From Nannocystales bacterium (GTDB lineage: Bacteria; Myxococcota_A; Polyangia; Nannocystales; Nannocystaceae): a stretch of DNA of 64,000 bases. The DNA lies in the NCBI GenBank assembly GCA_050633305.1, contig JBOEGF010000015.1, positions 160,001 through 224,000 on the forward strand, read 5' to 3'. The notes under the pieces are model-generated. The model did no database searches. It was not told the DNA's origin and worked only from the letters and a program-made list of their open reading frames with translations. Of this stretch, positions 9,213 to 22,161 are shown piece after piece (position 1 is the stretch's first letter; every line of letters begins with the position of its first letter). The position numbers and the translations under genes were made by a program.

Positions 9213-10361
9213 ATGCGCCGAAGTGGATTCCGCTGTCTGATGGTCCTTGTCCTTGCCCCGACCGCCTGCGACGACGGGTCTGCGGGGGCGGAGACCGAGA
9301 TGGTGGGTTCGACCAGTGGCGAATCGGGCGCGTCTTCGAGCTCGAGCGCTCCCTCAACCTCCGGAAGCTCGGCTGCGACATCGATGCCGGGCGGCTCGGA
9401 CTCCACGACCGGAATGGGTCCGAGTGGGACGAGCGAGGGTGCAACAACAGCGGAGGAGTCGTCGGGCTCAACGGACGGCGGGTCGACGGGCGAGGTGGAG
9501 CTGGGCGAGCCGGTCTGGATGGTGGTGGGAAACTGGGGCTACCGCTCTTGGACTCGCGACGGACTCAGCTGGGATGTGGAGGCCAACCCGACTCAGGACA
9601 CGGACCACACGCCGGATCTCTTGCGGGCAGTGGGATGGGGGAACGGGTACTTCATCGCGGTTGGGGGCGATGCGAACTCGATGGTCATGCGCTCGGTCGA
9701 CGGTGAGGTCTGGGAGGAGGACCTTCATCCATCGGGCGGACAATGGAAAGGCGGCGTCGCGTATGGCGACGGGCGCTGGATCGCGGTCGGGGGCGTTGGC
9801 ACGGTGATCCGCTCCGACGACGACGGGTCGACGTGGGTGGACCATGAAGAGCGTCTGCCTTCGGCGGGACGGTTTGTGACCCACGCCGATGGAACGTTCG
9901 TGGCGATCGGGGACAACGGCATGATCGCGATCTCGGAAGATGGTGAGTCGTGGACCGACCGGACCCAAGCAGGTGCACAGCTCGGGTCCGCGGCCTTCGG
10001 ATCCGGGACCTGGGTCGCGGCGGGTCGGCGTTGGAACGGAAGTGGATTTGACGCCTCCTGCTTCGTCTCGACAGATACAGAGACCTGGACGCCCTGTCCA
10101 TTCGGCGGCGAGTACGTCGGTGCCTTCTTCGCCGATGATCGGTTGTTCGTTGCGCTAGATTCTGGCTACGCGGTGACCGAAGACGGCGAGAGTTGGACGG
10201 TCATGGACCAGAGCATCCCGAGCGCGCTCGCCTTCGCTGATGGAGTCTGGGTTGGCGCCAATGGGGGCCGGCGCTATCGCGGAGCCTCCCTCGACGCGTT
10301 GGAAGAAGTGCTCTCGGACGAATCCGGAATCCGAAGTTTTGCGATGGGCTACGCGCCGTAG
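9213..10361 (+). CDS. Lipoprotein with BNR/Asp-box beta-propeller repeats
   Basis: Lipobox PTAC; repeated S-x-DG-x-x-W motifs (SVDGEVW, SDDDGSTW, SEDGESW). Confidence 0.75.
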   Translation: MRRSGFRCLMVLVLAPTACDDGSAGAETEMVGSTSGESGASSSSSAPSTSGSSAATSMPGGSDSTTGMGPSGTSEGATTAEESSGSTDGGSTGEVELGEPVWMVVGNWGYRSWTRDGLSWDVEANPTQDTDHTPDLLRAVGWGNGYFIAVGGDANSMVMRSVDGEVWEEDLHPSGGQWKGGVAYGDGRWIAVGGVGTVIRSDDDGSTWVDHEERLPSAGRFVTHADGTFVAIGDNGMIAISEDGESWTDRTQAGAQLGSAAFGSGTWVAAGRRWNGSGFDASCFVSTDTETWTPCPFGGEYVGAFFADDRLFVALDSGYAVTEDGESWTVMDQSIPSALAFADGVWVGANGGRRYRGASLDALEEVLSDESGIRSFAMGYAP

Positions 10362-10368
10362 ACCTCGT

Positions 10369-11151
10369 CTACGGCGCGAACTTGTGGGCCATGCGTCGAA
10401 GAAGGCCCGGCAGCAGTCGCGACAAATGAATGGCCGCCAGTTCTTTGCCGCCCACGTGGACCTCGGCTTTGTTGCGCACGATCGCCTGCACGATGACCTC
10501 GGCGCAGCGCTCCGGAGGAAGCCCGTTGTCGACGGGATCAGGCCGGCCGCCATCACGTTGCTCGGATCCGATCGCCGCGCGGCTGATCCCGGTTCGAATG
10601 TAGCCGGGCACCACGACGGACACGCCGACGCCTGTCCCGTGAAGCTCGGCCCGAAGGGCGTCGAACCACCCGCGAACCGCAAACTTCGACGCGTTGTATG
10701 TGGAGCGCTGCGGTGTCGAGACATAGCCAGCGACACTGCTGACGATCACGATGTGACCTCGACGGCGTTCGACCATGCTTGGGGCGACGAACTTGGTCAA
10801 CGCGACCGGGACCATGAAGTTCAGCTCCATCAGGCCCCGGACCTCGTCCATGTTGGTGTCGAGCGCGGCGGCCCGCTGTGATCGACCGGCGTTGTTCACC
10901 AAGACGTCGATAGGCCCGAACGCTTCGCACGCCCGTTCGTGCAGCGAGGCCAAGGCGTCGGGCTCCATCAAGTCGGCTGGCACGGCGGCGACGTTCTTGG
11001 CTCCGAACTCCGCAACGAGAGCTTGCAGGGGCGCGGGCCGACGCGCGGTCACGACGACGCGTGCACCGAGCTTGACGAGCGGGGCCACCAAGGCGTGACC
11101 GATGCCGTCCGAAGCTCCCGTCACCCAGACCACTGCATCGCGAAGTTCCAT
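10369..11151 (-). CDS. Short-chain dehydrogenase/reductase (DHRS7-like)
   Basis: TGASDGIG, NNAG and YNASK motifs; true start MELRD lies inside the long 834-aa ORF. Confidence 0.92.
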   Translation of the reverse strand: MELRDAVVWVTGASDGIGHALVAPLVKLGARVVVTARRPAPLQALVAEFGAKNVAAVPADLMEPDALASLHERACEAFGPIDVLVNNAGRSQRAAALDTNMDEVRGLMELNFMVPVALTKFVAPSMVERRRGHIVIVSSVAGYVSTPQRSTYNASKFAVRGWFDALRAELHGTGVGVSVVVPGYIRTGISRAAIGSEQRDGGRPDPVDNGLPPERCAEVIVQAIVRNKAEVHVGGKELAAIHLSRLLPGLLRRMAHKFAP

Positions 11152-11208
11152 GAGACTGAGATGCCGCAGAGGCTTCGGTTCGTCAATGCAACCGTGCAAG
11201 AGTAGGGG

Positions 11209-11700
11209 GTGCACATCGAGGTCCTCGAGGAAGACCAGTGGCAGCGTCTGCGCGCGGTTCGACTCGCCTCGCTGCTCGACGCCCCTCAAGCCTTTGGGTC
11301 GAAACACGAGGAGGTTGTGCGTTGGGTGGAGCCGATGTGGCGCGAGCAATTGCGCCGCATCCGGACGTTCGTCGCTGTGCAGGGGGAGCAGGATGTGGGT
11401 GTGGTCCGAGGCATCGAGCACGCCGACTTCGCGGATGCAGCGTATCTGGTGTCGATGTGGGTGCATCCGGCCGCGCGGCGGCAGGGCGTGGGTGCAGCCC
11501 TGATCGGCCGGGTCGTCGAATGGACCGCTGGCTCGGGTCGGACGCGCTTGTTCCTCGACGTGCGCACGGACAACACAGCGGCCGAGCGGCTGTACCGGGC
11601 GCAAGGATTCACCCCCACGGGCGAGCGCGCCCAGGTTGAGGAGTTCACGGAGCTGCAGTTTGTTCGGCAGTGGGTGTCCGGTTCGCCCTCGGATTCGTGA
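11209..11700 (+). CDS. GNAT acetyltransferase
   Basis: MWVHPAARRQGVG motif A and N-x-A-x-x-LY-x-x-x-GF. Confidence 0.9.
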   Translation: MHIEVLEEDQWQRLRAVRLASLLDAPQAFGSKHEEVVRWVEPMWREQLRRIRTFVAVQGEQDVGVVRGIEHADFADAAYLVSMWVHPAARRQGVGAALIGRVVEWTAGSGRTRLFLDVRTDNTAAERLYRAQGFTPTGERAQVEEFTELQFVRQWVSGSPSDS

Positions 11701-11815
11701 AACGAGTTTTCCGACACCTTGGGTTTTTTCTTGCGATGCTCTCGCTTGGCTCCGGAGCTCCGGGCGGCCCAACCGTCGTGCATCCGCCAGCCGAAACCCG
11801 CGACTACCCCTGCAT

Positions 11816-12988
11816 ATGAGCTTAGCTTTGAAGATGCTGCTGGCGATGTCGATGGGGACAGCGCCCGCTCCGGAAGAACCGGAGTCGCCCGACGCCGAGT
11901 CCGGGCTTGCTCCTGCTCCGCCCACGCCGCCTCCAATGACCACGCCCGTGGCCGGTCCCGCTCGAGACGACGAAGCGTCTGCGGTGAACCTGGTGTGGGA
12001 CGCGCCAGCGGACGAGTGCAGCGACGCTGCGGCGATGCAGGCGCGGCTCGACGAGGCCATGACGTTGGAGCTCTCCGACGACGTGGCGACCCGCAAGCGG
12101 TGGGTGATCGCTCGGGTCCGGAAGACCGGCGAGGAGTGGACGCTGCGGCTTTGGGTGGCGCCCGAGGGGGGGTTGTCCGAACGGGCCCTCTCGGAGAGTT
12201 CATGTGCGGAGCTCGAGCGCGCGACACTGACGATCGTCGCGATGTTGATGCCGCCGGTGACTCTGGATCCCAATCCAAAGTCGCCGCCGAAGCCGGAGGA
12301 CATGAAGCCCCCCGTAGCGACGGAACAGTTGGGCGACGAAGAGTTGGACGCGTTGATCGGAGACGCGCCTGCGGATGAGAAGCCGCCCCCAGATCCAGGG
12401 GGTCCGGACATGGAAGCCCCGAGCGCATCGAAGCTTCGCGCGGCCATTGGGTTCGCGGGAGGGGTTGGATCGGGAACAATGCCCGCGACCGCAGGCGGAC
12501 TCGAGGTGACCGGTGCTCTGTTGTTTCGCGGGGGTCGCATCGAGGCGGTGGGGAACTTCTGGGGCACCCGGAACATCGGACTGGACGCCGCTGAGAATGC
12601 TCGCGCTCGGTACAACCTGTTGTCCGCGGCATTCCGCGGTTGCGGGGCTCCAAGGGTCGGACCGGTTGAGCTCACGGTCTGTGGTGGCGTCGAGGGCGGG
12701 AGCATCTTGGCGAACGTCGACGGCGCCACGCTTCTGCATGGCCCCGGGCAGCCTTTCGTCCTGATGCAGCTGACCACCGGCGCGAACGTCGTGCTGGCGC
12801 CGTCGGTGGCACTCACGTTCGACATGCAGGGTTGGCTCTCGCCGATACGAGCCAGGCACCAGGCCTTGGACACAACGCTGTCGACCGGTTCTCTCTTCGG
12901 TTACCGGTTCTTGGCAGGCGCCGAGTTTCGGTTTGGCTTTCGGCGAAAAGCGCGCGCTTTCGAGCGAAAGAAAGGAGCTCAGCCGTGA
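11816..12988 (+). CDS. Exported protein with probable C-terminal outer-membrane beta-barrel (ECF-module associated)
   Basis: Pro-rich N-terminus, W-x-AP-x3-C and CAEL motifs, alternating beta strands; first gene of the run ending in ECF/anti-sigma. Confidence 0.6.
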   Translation: MSLALKMLLAMSMGTAPAPEEPESPDAESGLAPAPPTPPPMTTPVAGPARDDEASAVNLVWDAPADECSDAAAMQARLDEAMTLELSDDVATRKRWVIARVRKTGEEWTLRLWVAPEGGLSERALSESSCAELERATLTIVAMLMPPVTLDPNPKSPPKPEDMKPPVATEQLGDEELDALIGDAPADEKPPPDPGGPDMEAPSASKLRAAIGFAGGVGSGTMPATAGGLEVTGALLFRGGRIEAVGNFWGTRNIGLDAAENARARYNLLSAAFRGCGAPRVGPVELTVCGGVEGGSILANVDGATLLHGPGQPFVLMQLTTGANVVLAPSVALTFDMQGWLSPIRARHQALDTTLSTGSLFGYRFLAGAEFRFGFRRKARAFERKKGAQP

Positions 12989-13026
12989 ATCACGAAACGA
13001 GGGCCGTGCCGGACACCTATCGATGT

Positions 13027-13884
13027 ATGGGCGGGAAACTCCGATCTGCGGCGCTGTGGCTCCTGGTGGTGCCACTGACCGCGTGTGATCCGTCCACAGA
13101 GCCGCTGCCCGACCCGACGATGGACGGGGAGCTCATGCGTGGCGATTTTGAGTATCGCTGTGCTGGAAGCAACGACGCGTTCTGTGTCGACTTCGTTGCG
13201 CAGCGGTTCCCTCAACGGTTCGCCGTCGGGGGCAACTTCGAGGTTGGCTTCAACCCCACGATCAGCGTCGTCGCCACCCCGGGGGTTCAGACCTCTGCGC
13301 CGTCGCTGCTCGAGCCCACGTCGACCGGGGTGATCGCGAGCTTTCGTTTCGCCAGACCTGGCACCGCCGCCCTGCTCGCCATCGTCAACGAGGAAGAGAT
13401 CGTCGACTATCTGCACGTCACCGCAGAGCGAGTGCTTGCGTACGACTTCAGCGATGACACGGGGGCCACCGGGGTGACCGAGGTCGTCATGCTCCCCGGT
13501 GAGTCGCGTCGCATCACTGTTGAACCGCGCGGAGAGCTTGGCCAAGTGCTCGCGGGTACCTTGGAGTACGCGTGGTCAACCGATGAGCCTGGCGTCGCTC
13601 GGACCACGAGCGACACGCAAGCTCGAACCGTTCAGATCCAGGCGGTGGAGGTCGGTCGTACCCGGTTGTTGGTCGAGGGCGGCGAGGTGACTGGGAGTGT
13701 CGAGGTGATCGTCCAGCTCGAGGACGCAACGACCACGGATACGGATACGGATACGGATACGGATACCGATACCGATACCGACGCAGGTACGACGACGACC
13801 TCGGACACGGACACCACGACCTCGGACACGGACACGACCTCGGACACCGAGGACGGCACGACCAGCAGCGGAGGCGCACGGTGA
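13027..13884 (+). CDS. Ig-like lipoprotein with TD-repeat tail
   Basis: Lipobox LTAC; FPQRFAVGG and LAGTLEYAWST; (TD)n tail. Confidence 0.75.
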   Translation: MGGKLRSAALWLLVVPLTACDPSTEPLPDPTMDGELMRGDFEYRCAGSNDAFCVDFVAQRFPQRFAVGGNFEVGFNPTISVVATPGVQTSAPSLLEPTSTGVIASFRFARPGTAALLAIVNEEEIVDYLHVTAERVLAYDFSDDTGATGVTEVVMLPGESRRITVEPRGELGQVLAGTLEYAWSTDEPGVARTTSDTQARTVQIQAVEVGRTRLLVEGGEVTGSVEVIVQLEDATTTDTDTDTDTDTDTDTDAGTTTTSDTDTTTSDTDTTSDTEDGTTSSGGAR

Positions 13885-14252
13885 AACGCGTGGGCGCTGT
13901 ACTTGCTCTCCTGCTCGCCGCGTGTGCGCCTGACTACGGCGGCCTCGCGATCGAGATCGAAGGTGTCGCGCTCGCTGGCGACTACGTGCAGTCACGGCGT
14001 ATCAACCTCGTGCTCGGACATGTGATTCGCGTGCACGCGCGACCGCGCAGTCTGACCTCGCAGGTCTACGAAGATCCGGGCCGCTTCGAGCTGGTCTCAG
14101 CATCCCCGGACATTGCACGCGTCTATCGAGATCCGGAGGACTGGCGTTGGGTCCTCGTGGGCCGTGGGGGCGGGAGCACCTGCATCGAGGTTCGCATCGA
14201 CGGCAAGCGTGAAGAGTGCCTCGAGATCCAGGTTCAAGCGGAGGCGGGATGA
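13881..14252 (+). CDS. Small Ig-like lipoprotein
   Basis: Lipobox LAAC; GTGA overlap with the upstream gene; similar to 7812-8198. Confidence 0.75.
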   Translation: MKRVGAVLALLLAACAPDYGGLAIEIEGVALAGDYVQSRRINLVLGHVIRVHARPRSLTSQVYEDPGRFELVSASPDIARVYRDPEDWRWVLVGRGGGSTCIEVRIDGKREECLEIQVQAEAG

Positions 14253-14782
14253 GTGCGGCCCAAGCGGTTGGGGCCGAACTGAGCTTCGAGACGCTGTATC
14301 GCGAGAACTTCGAGTTCGTCGTGCGCAGTGCTCGACGACTGGGCGTGCAGCCCGCTTGGATCGATGATGTCGCTCAAGAGGTGTTCGTGGTGGCGTCGCG
14401 CAAGCTCGCCGACTTCGAGGGCCGCTCGAAGGTTCGCACGTGGCTATTCTCCATCACCATTCGGGTGGTCCAGGGCCACCGCCGCTGGTCTCGCCGACAC
14501 GATCGTCGCAAGGATGCTCTCGCCCGCGAGCCGAGCCGCGTTGACGACCCGTATCCCCGCGCCCGTGCAGCCAACACGTTGGTGACGCTGCTTCAAAATC
14601 TCCCGGAGAAGTACCAGACCGTGTTCATCCTTGGAGAACTCGAGGGCATGACCTCAGCCGAGATAGCGGCGGGCCTCGGGCTCAACCCCAACACCACCTA
14701 CTCACGCCTGCGCGAGGCAAGAAAACAGATGGCCGAAGCCGTCGCAAGACATCGCGCAACCGAAGGGAGCCTCAGCGCATGA
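14249..14782 (+). CDS. ECF sigma-70 factor
   Basis: DDVAQEVF, FEGRSKVRTWLFSI (region 2); ELEGMTSAEIA...NTTYSRLREAR (region 4). Confidence 0.93.
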   Translation: MSAAQAVGAELSFETLYRENFEFVVRSARRLGVQPAWIDDVAQEVFVVASRKLADFEGRSKVRTWLFSITIRVVQGHRRWSRRHDRRKDALAREPSRVDDPYPRARAANTLVTLLQNLPEKYQTVFILGELEGMTSAEIAAGLGLNPNTTYSRLREARKQMAEAVARHRATEGSLSA

Positions 14783-15450
14783 CCGCAACGATCGAAGACG
14801 AGCTCGCGTCGCTCCTGGATGCCGAACGTGGTCGGCCACAGGCGGGACTCGAGGCTGCGGACCGGGTGTGGTCCGGCGTGCAAGGGCGCCTCGACGGAGC
14901 CCCTGCGCCGGCCAGCGTTCCTGCCGGATCCGGCTCGGGCCCGTTGTTCGTCGTGGCGGGAGCGGTGGTCGTGGCGGGTTTGCTGGCGGCAGGTTGGGGC
15001 CTGACGCGATCGGAAGCAGCCCCGCATTTCGCTGAGATTCCTCCGGCTCCGTCGCTGAAGGTTGCGGTCCCGGGCCCCGCGGCACCGAAGCTTCACGCCG
15101 AGCTGCCGCGCGAGGCAGGCGTCACGGCCGTACCCGTTTCGATTGAGGAGCCCGCGCCTCAAACCGCGGCGCCGCGCAAGAACCAGGGAAGCGTCGCCGA
15201 CGAGCTCGCGCTGATCGAGCGCGCCCGCGCTTCCGTCGACCGGGGCCAAGCGAAGGCGGCTCTTGGTGTCCTCAAGACCCACCGCCGCAAGTTCCCCAAG
15301 GGCGCGTTCTTGGAGGAGGCGGCGGCACTCCGCGCTTCGGCGTTGTGCAAGAGCGGCCGGGTTGACGCTGCAGCGAAGGCCTCGGCCGCGTTCCTTCGGC
15401 GATACCCCAAGTCGGTTCACGCAAGCCGGGTCCGTAGCTGCGCCGAGTAA
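14779..15450 (+). CDS. Putative membrane anti-sigma factor with C-terminal TPR-like domain
   Basis: ATGA-coupled to the ECF; one TM helix, Pro-rich linker, ELALIERAR...HRRKFPKG..LEE TPR-like end. Confidence 0.7.
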   Translation: MTATIEDELASLLDAERGRPQAGLEAADRVWSGVQGRLDGAPAPASVPAGSGSGPLFVVAGAVVVAGLLAAGWGLTRSEAAPHFAEIPPAPSLKVAVPGPAAPKLHAELPREAGVTAVPVSIEEPAPQTAAPRKNQGSVADELALIERARASVDRGQAKAALGVLKTHRRKFPKGAFLEEAAALRASALCKSGRVDAAAKASAAFLRRYPKSVHASRVRSCAE

Positions 15451-15717
15451 GGGTTCTTTCGACCTCTGGAGCCCCTCGGGGGGCTGGGCTTCCCGGGGAC
15501 CGTGCACCGGATGGTCTCCCTCAATCCCACCGTTGTGCACATGAAGTCGCACGTCTCGATACTTCCACCGCCGCCGTTTCTGGTCCTGACGCTGCTGTGT
15601 GGGGGTGTCGGCTGGCGGAGGTCCTCCAGGTTCCGCGAGGCCGCAGATCGCTTTTTGGAGGCCTCGCAGGGCATTTTAGGACCCGCGGAGCGCAACGCAG
15701 ACCCGAGCGGTTCATGT

Positions 15718-15783
15718 CCCTGCGGGTCCGCCTGCCCGCAGGGGTCCGGCCCAAGCCCTGCGGGTCGTCTGCTTGCCGCAGGG
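15718..15783. repeat. Two tandem near-identical hairpins CCCTGCGG...CCGCAGGG upstream of gyrB
   Basis: Inverted repeats at 15718-15743 and 15756-15783. Confidence 0.7.
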
Positions 15784-16010
15784 GGTGGTGGACACCGACA
15801 CGGACGGTTGGGGTACGGGGACGTCTGGAGCGACCGTACTGGCCTGTTCGGGCGCGGCTTCAGACGTATCTGGCATCGCCTGATCGCGACCCGCCGAGAA
15901 TCCTGCAGAACGTTGTTCTGGGCGCGTTTTCGGCGCCTTTCGGGCTAGGTGAAGACCCGCGCCGCGTGCTATCTTTTCGCGCATCGCCGGCAAGGCCTCA
16001 CGCCTCGTGA

Positions 16011-18514
<2,504 letters not shown>

Positions 18515-18515
<1 letters not shown>

Positions 18516-19390
18516 TGCGACACCTCGCTCTCGCGTTTCTCGTCCTCCTCGTCCCCGCCTGTGAAAGCGGCTCCGATGCGGTCACCGTGCGTGACCAGGC
18601 CGCGATCCTCGCTGAGGCCGCCTGCGGGGGCGCGTTTGCGTGCGGTTGCAAGAACCCCTTCACCGACGACTATGCCGATGAGGCCGCGTGTGTGGAGGGA
18701 GTCGAGGCTCGCCTGGTCGACCGTGCTCTCGACGACGAAGGGTTGAGCTTCAACGGTGACTGTACCGACCGGGTCGCCGCTGCGCTGTCGACGTTCGCGT
18801 GCGAGACCGACGATGAGGCTGCACTCAGCGGCCCGTTGTTCGCCGCGGCCGAGCAGCTGCGCGAGTGCCGACTGTTCTACGGCGGTGCGGGGGTGGGTGA
18901 AGCCTGCGAGCGCCTCGATGGCGGTCTTGGGGACAGCTGCAACATCGACAGCTTCTGCGACGGCGGTATGTGCGTCGCAGCGGGCTCCGGCGCGTTTGAG
19001 GACGCGTGCGAGTCCGACGGTGATTGCCAGCAGGCCTTCCGCTGTCTCGCATCCATCGAAGACCCCGACGACACCCAGCTTCGGTGCCGCGACCAGCCGT
19101 CTGCTGGGGACGCCTGCAGCATGAGCGGCGACTGTGGAGCGGGGGCCTACTGCAACATCGCCAGCGCCTGCATCGCGCTGCCTGGTAGCGGACAAGCGTG
19201 CACCACCATTGCCTCGCAAGACGGCCTCACCTGTGCCCCCGGAAACGCCTGCGCGAACGGGGTCTGCCAGGCGGGTGCGATCGCGGGTGACCCGTGTGGC
19301 GTTACCTGTGCTGCTGGGCTCACGTGCGAAGGCGGCTTTTGCGTGACGGGCACGGCCGCGGTGTGCGAGTACGAAGACGACGCGGTCTAG
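18515..19390 (+). CDS. Cys-rich lipoprotein (Dickkopf-like Cys repeats)
   Basis: Lipobox VPAC; about 30 Cys in G-x-x-C-x4-C repeats; TGATG overlap with gyrB. Confidence 0.8.
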
Positions 19391-22143
19391 GGGCCGGAGA
19401 CCAAACGCCTTCGGAGGTCGTCCAGTACACCCTGCAGTTTGGTGGCCCGCACCGCGAGTTCGGGCCGCTCTTGGTGCGGGCCGGGCCGGGCAAGATCCGC
19501 GAGCAAATCGTCGACGAGTGCAATGGCCTCGGCGGTCTTTCCCTCGATCGAGAGGAGCTCGGCGTCCAGCGTTTGTAGGAATAGCTCGAACAGGGCCGCG
19601 GTCTCGTCATCCAGGTCGAAGTCCGCGATGAGCTTTCGCGTTTGCGCGAGAGCCTTGGCCGCCTCCTTGGGGTGGTTCAGTTTGATTTGGATGGATGCTC
19701 GGTTCTGATGGAGCATCGGATCCTCCGGATTGATGGCGAGGAGCGCGGTGTTGTGTTCCAACGCGGCATCGTAGTCTTCGGCCGCCGTCGTGATGTTGGC
19801 GAGGAGCCTCCGGGCCGCGATGTGGTCACTGTTGGTCGCCGGGAGCGTGCGCGCGTACTCCCATCCCGCGTTGGCGTGTGGGACGGCCTCGTCGACCTTG
19901 CCCAGGTTGAACAGCACGTCGGCGAGCTTGATTCGGGTCCTCGCCGTGGATGGGCTCCGCGCCGGGAGGCCCTCGGTTTGAATCTCCGCCGCCTCTTGAA
20001 GGAACGGTTCGCCTGCGGCGAGGTCGAGCCGGCTGTCGGCGTGGAGGACTCCCAGGTCGTACAGGACCGCGGCACGTCTGGGGTGTGTTCGACCGAGGTG
20101 CTCCTCGTACGTTTCGGCGACTGCGTTGAGCAGGTTCCGCGCTCGCTCCTGCTCCGGCTTCTTCGCGCTGGTCATCAGAACCCCGGCGAGCCCGAGCCGC
20201 GCGGACGCGACCCCGACGGGCTCATGCAACCCCAAGCGCAGCTCAATGGCGCGTTCGTACAACACCACAGCCTCGTCGAATTCCTGTGGCCGCTGTCTCG
20301 CAAACGCCTCGGCCCTCGCCACCGTGGCGTCGGCCCGAAGCTGGAGGGGCATCGCTTCGCTGACGTGGCCCTCGACCAACCGTCGAGCGTCACGGGCCGA
20401 CTCCCAGCGCTCTTGGTGGGTGAGCTCGACGAGCCACGCGATAACCCCACGGGCCCGCGTCAGAGAGTCGTTGCCTTCCCGAATGCTGCTGACGAGGTCG
20501 TCCAGGGCCGCCGAGGGCTCCGCCATGAGTCGTCTTGCCCGCGCCCTCAGCCGGTAGGCCTCGGCCAGGGCATCGGTGCCTTGGAGGCGAGGGTCCTCGA
20601 TCAGCTCGGTCAGGGTTTGCGTCGCAGCCTCCGCCCGATGCGCCAAGACCTGCGCACCGCCGGCCTCGAGCTTGGCGAGGATGTCGTGGTCGAGCCCGCT
20701 GGCGATGTCGTCGTCGCCGGGCTCGATGCAAAACTCCGGGGAGCGCAGCAACGTGACCAGCGGTTGAACCTGCGCGATGTTCGAAGCATCGATGGCGGCG
20801 TACTCGGTCACGACCGAGTCGAACACGACCACAGAGCGCTCGAGGCAACTGAGAACCGCCGGGTCAACCCGGCCCTTGCACACCTTGGCGCGGGTGCTCT
20901 CCCAGCGAGCGAGGAAGTCTTCGATTCCGGATGAAGCCGAGGACCAGGCATTCTCAGCGTAGGGAACCTCGGTGGCCGTGAACGATCCGTGGACCCGCGA
21001 CTGCGTCTGTGGGGTCCAAAGCTCCGCCGGCTTCGAGAGGGAGCTGCAGGGGCTGTCCGAGGTCGCGATGAACGGTAGGGAGACCGCGAGTCCGACGAGG
21101 CCGACCGTCAGCCAGGGGCCGCGTCGTGCCCAGCCACGACCTCGTCGCAGGGCCACGAGCAGCGCGTCCATCGATGCCCAGCGCCCGGACGGCGCGATGC
21201 TGAGTCCTTTGCGTAGCGCCGGCCTCAACGTGCGGGGGATCGAGGACCAGGCCGAAATTGCAGCAGACTCTGGCCGGTCCCTGAGTGTGGCGTGGGTGTA
21301 GGGCCTTTCCCCGGCGAGCGCGGCGAACAGCGCTACGCAAAACGAGAATTGGTCGGCGCGAGCATCGGCGTTCTCCCCCCGGAACTGCTCGGGAGCCATG
21401 TACGCCGGGGTCCCGAGGACGGCGCCCGTGCGGGTGAGTTTTTCCCCGGAAATCCCACTGCGTGAATCCGGTCCTTGTAACGACTCCGTGGAGTGCCCGG
21501 AGCTGACCGCGAGGCCGAAGTCGACAACACGAACCCGGCCGTCGGCGCCCAAGATCGCATTGCTCGGCTTGAAGTCCCGATGCACGAGTCCAGCGCCATG
21601 TGCCGCTGCCAGGCCACGACCAGCCTGGTCGAAGACGTCGAACACCCGATCGACGGAGTGCGGTCCTTCAGTGAGCCAGTCCTTCAGCGACTTGCCATCA
21701 ATGAGCTCCATCGCGACGAAGACATCGCCCTCGTGGTCGCCAACCTCGTACACGTGCACCACATTGGGATGAGACAACTGGGCCATCGCCTTGGCCTCTC
21801 GAACCATGCGCGCGCGATGTAGCGCCTCCTTCTCGGAAGCACTGCCGAGCAGTTTCAGTGCGACGAGTCGCCCGAGCGAAGGATCCCAAGCCGAGAGCAC
21901 AACGCCCATGCCGCCCTCGCCAATCGCCTCGCGAACCTCGTAGCGCCCGATACGCAGAGCACCCGCGGTCGAGCCGAACAGCTGAGATGCGATATCAGCC
22001 TTCATCGCCTCCGCGTGCACGCCGGGCTCGGGCGCATCCACGGGCAAGCCGTCTTCCTCTCGAGTGTGGCGGGCCACCGTGTCGTGTTGGTGGCGCTCGA
22101 TGTCTGACCCGTCACGCTGAAGTGGGCTTTCCTCGGGTTCCAT
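19387..22143 (-). CDS. Hanks-type Ser/Thr protein kinase with TM helix and TPR domain
   Basis: IGEGGMGVV, VALKLL, HRDFKPSN, DFGLA and GTPAYMAPE; TM helix then TPR-like helices; start MEPEE. Confidence 0.95.
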   Translation of the reverse strand: MEPEESPLQRDGSDIERHQHDTVARHTREEDGLPVDAPEPGVHAEAMKADIASQLFGSTAGALRIGRYEVREAIGEGGMGVVLSAWDPSLGRLVALKLLGSASEKEALHRARMVREAKAMAQLSHPNVVHVYEVGDHEGDVFVAMELIDGKSLKDWLTEGPHSVDRVFDVFDQAGRGLAAAHGAGLVHRDFKPSNAILGADGRVRVVDFGLAVSSGHSTESLQGPDSRSGISGEKLTRTGAVLGTPAYMAPEQFRGENADARADQFSFCVALFAALAGERPYTHATLRDRPESAAISAWSSIPRTLRPALRKGLSIAPSGRWASMDALLVALRRGRGWARRGPWLTVGLVGLAVSLPFIATSDSPCSSLSKPAELWTPQTQSRVHGSFTATEVPYAENAWSSASSGIEDFLARWESTRAKVCKGRVDPAVLSCLERSVVVFDSVVTEYAAIDASNIAQVQPLVTLLRSPEFCIEPGDDDIASGLDHDILAKLEAGGAQVLAHRAEAATQTLTELIEDPRLQGTDALAEAYRLRARARRLMAEPSAALDDLVSSIREGNDSLTRARGVIAWLVELTHQERWESARDARRLVEGHVSEAMPLQLRADATVARAEAFARQRPQEFDEAVVLYERAIELRLGLHEPVGVASARLGLAGVLMTSAKKPEQERARNLLNAVAETYEEHLGRTHPRRAAVLYDLGVLHADSRLDLAAGEPFLQEAAEIQTEGLPARSPSTARTRIKLADVLFNLGKVDEAVPHANAGWEYARTLPATNSDHIAARRLLANITTAAEDYDAALEHNTALLAINPEDPMLHQNRASIQIKLNHPKEAAKALAQTRKLIADFDLDDETAALFELFLQTLDAELLSIEGKTAEAIALVDDLLADLARPGPHQERPELAVRATKLQGVLDDLRRRLVSGP

Positions 22144-22161
22144 GACTCGACCCGTGGCATA

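Noticed and set aside
10369..12873. 834-aa ORF suggesting a large SDR fusion
   Set aside because: The upstream part is antisense to the GNAT and barrel genes; the SDR starts at 11151
13735..13850. ACGGAT/ACCGAT microsatellite
   Set aside because: It simply encodes the Thr-Asp linker typical of these lipoproteins
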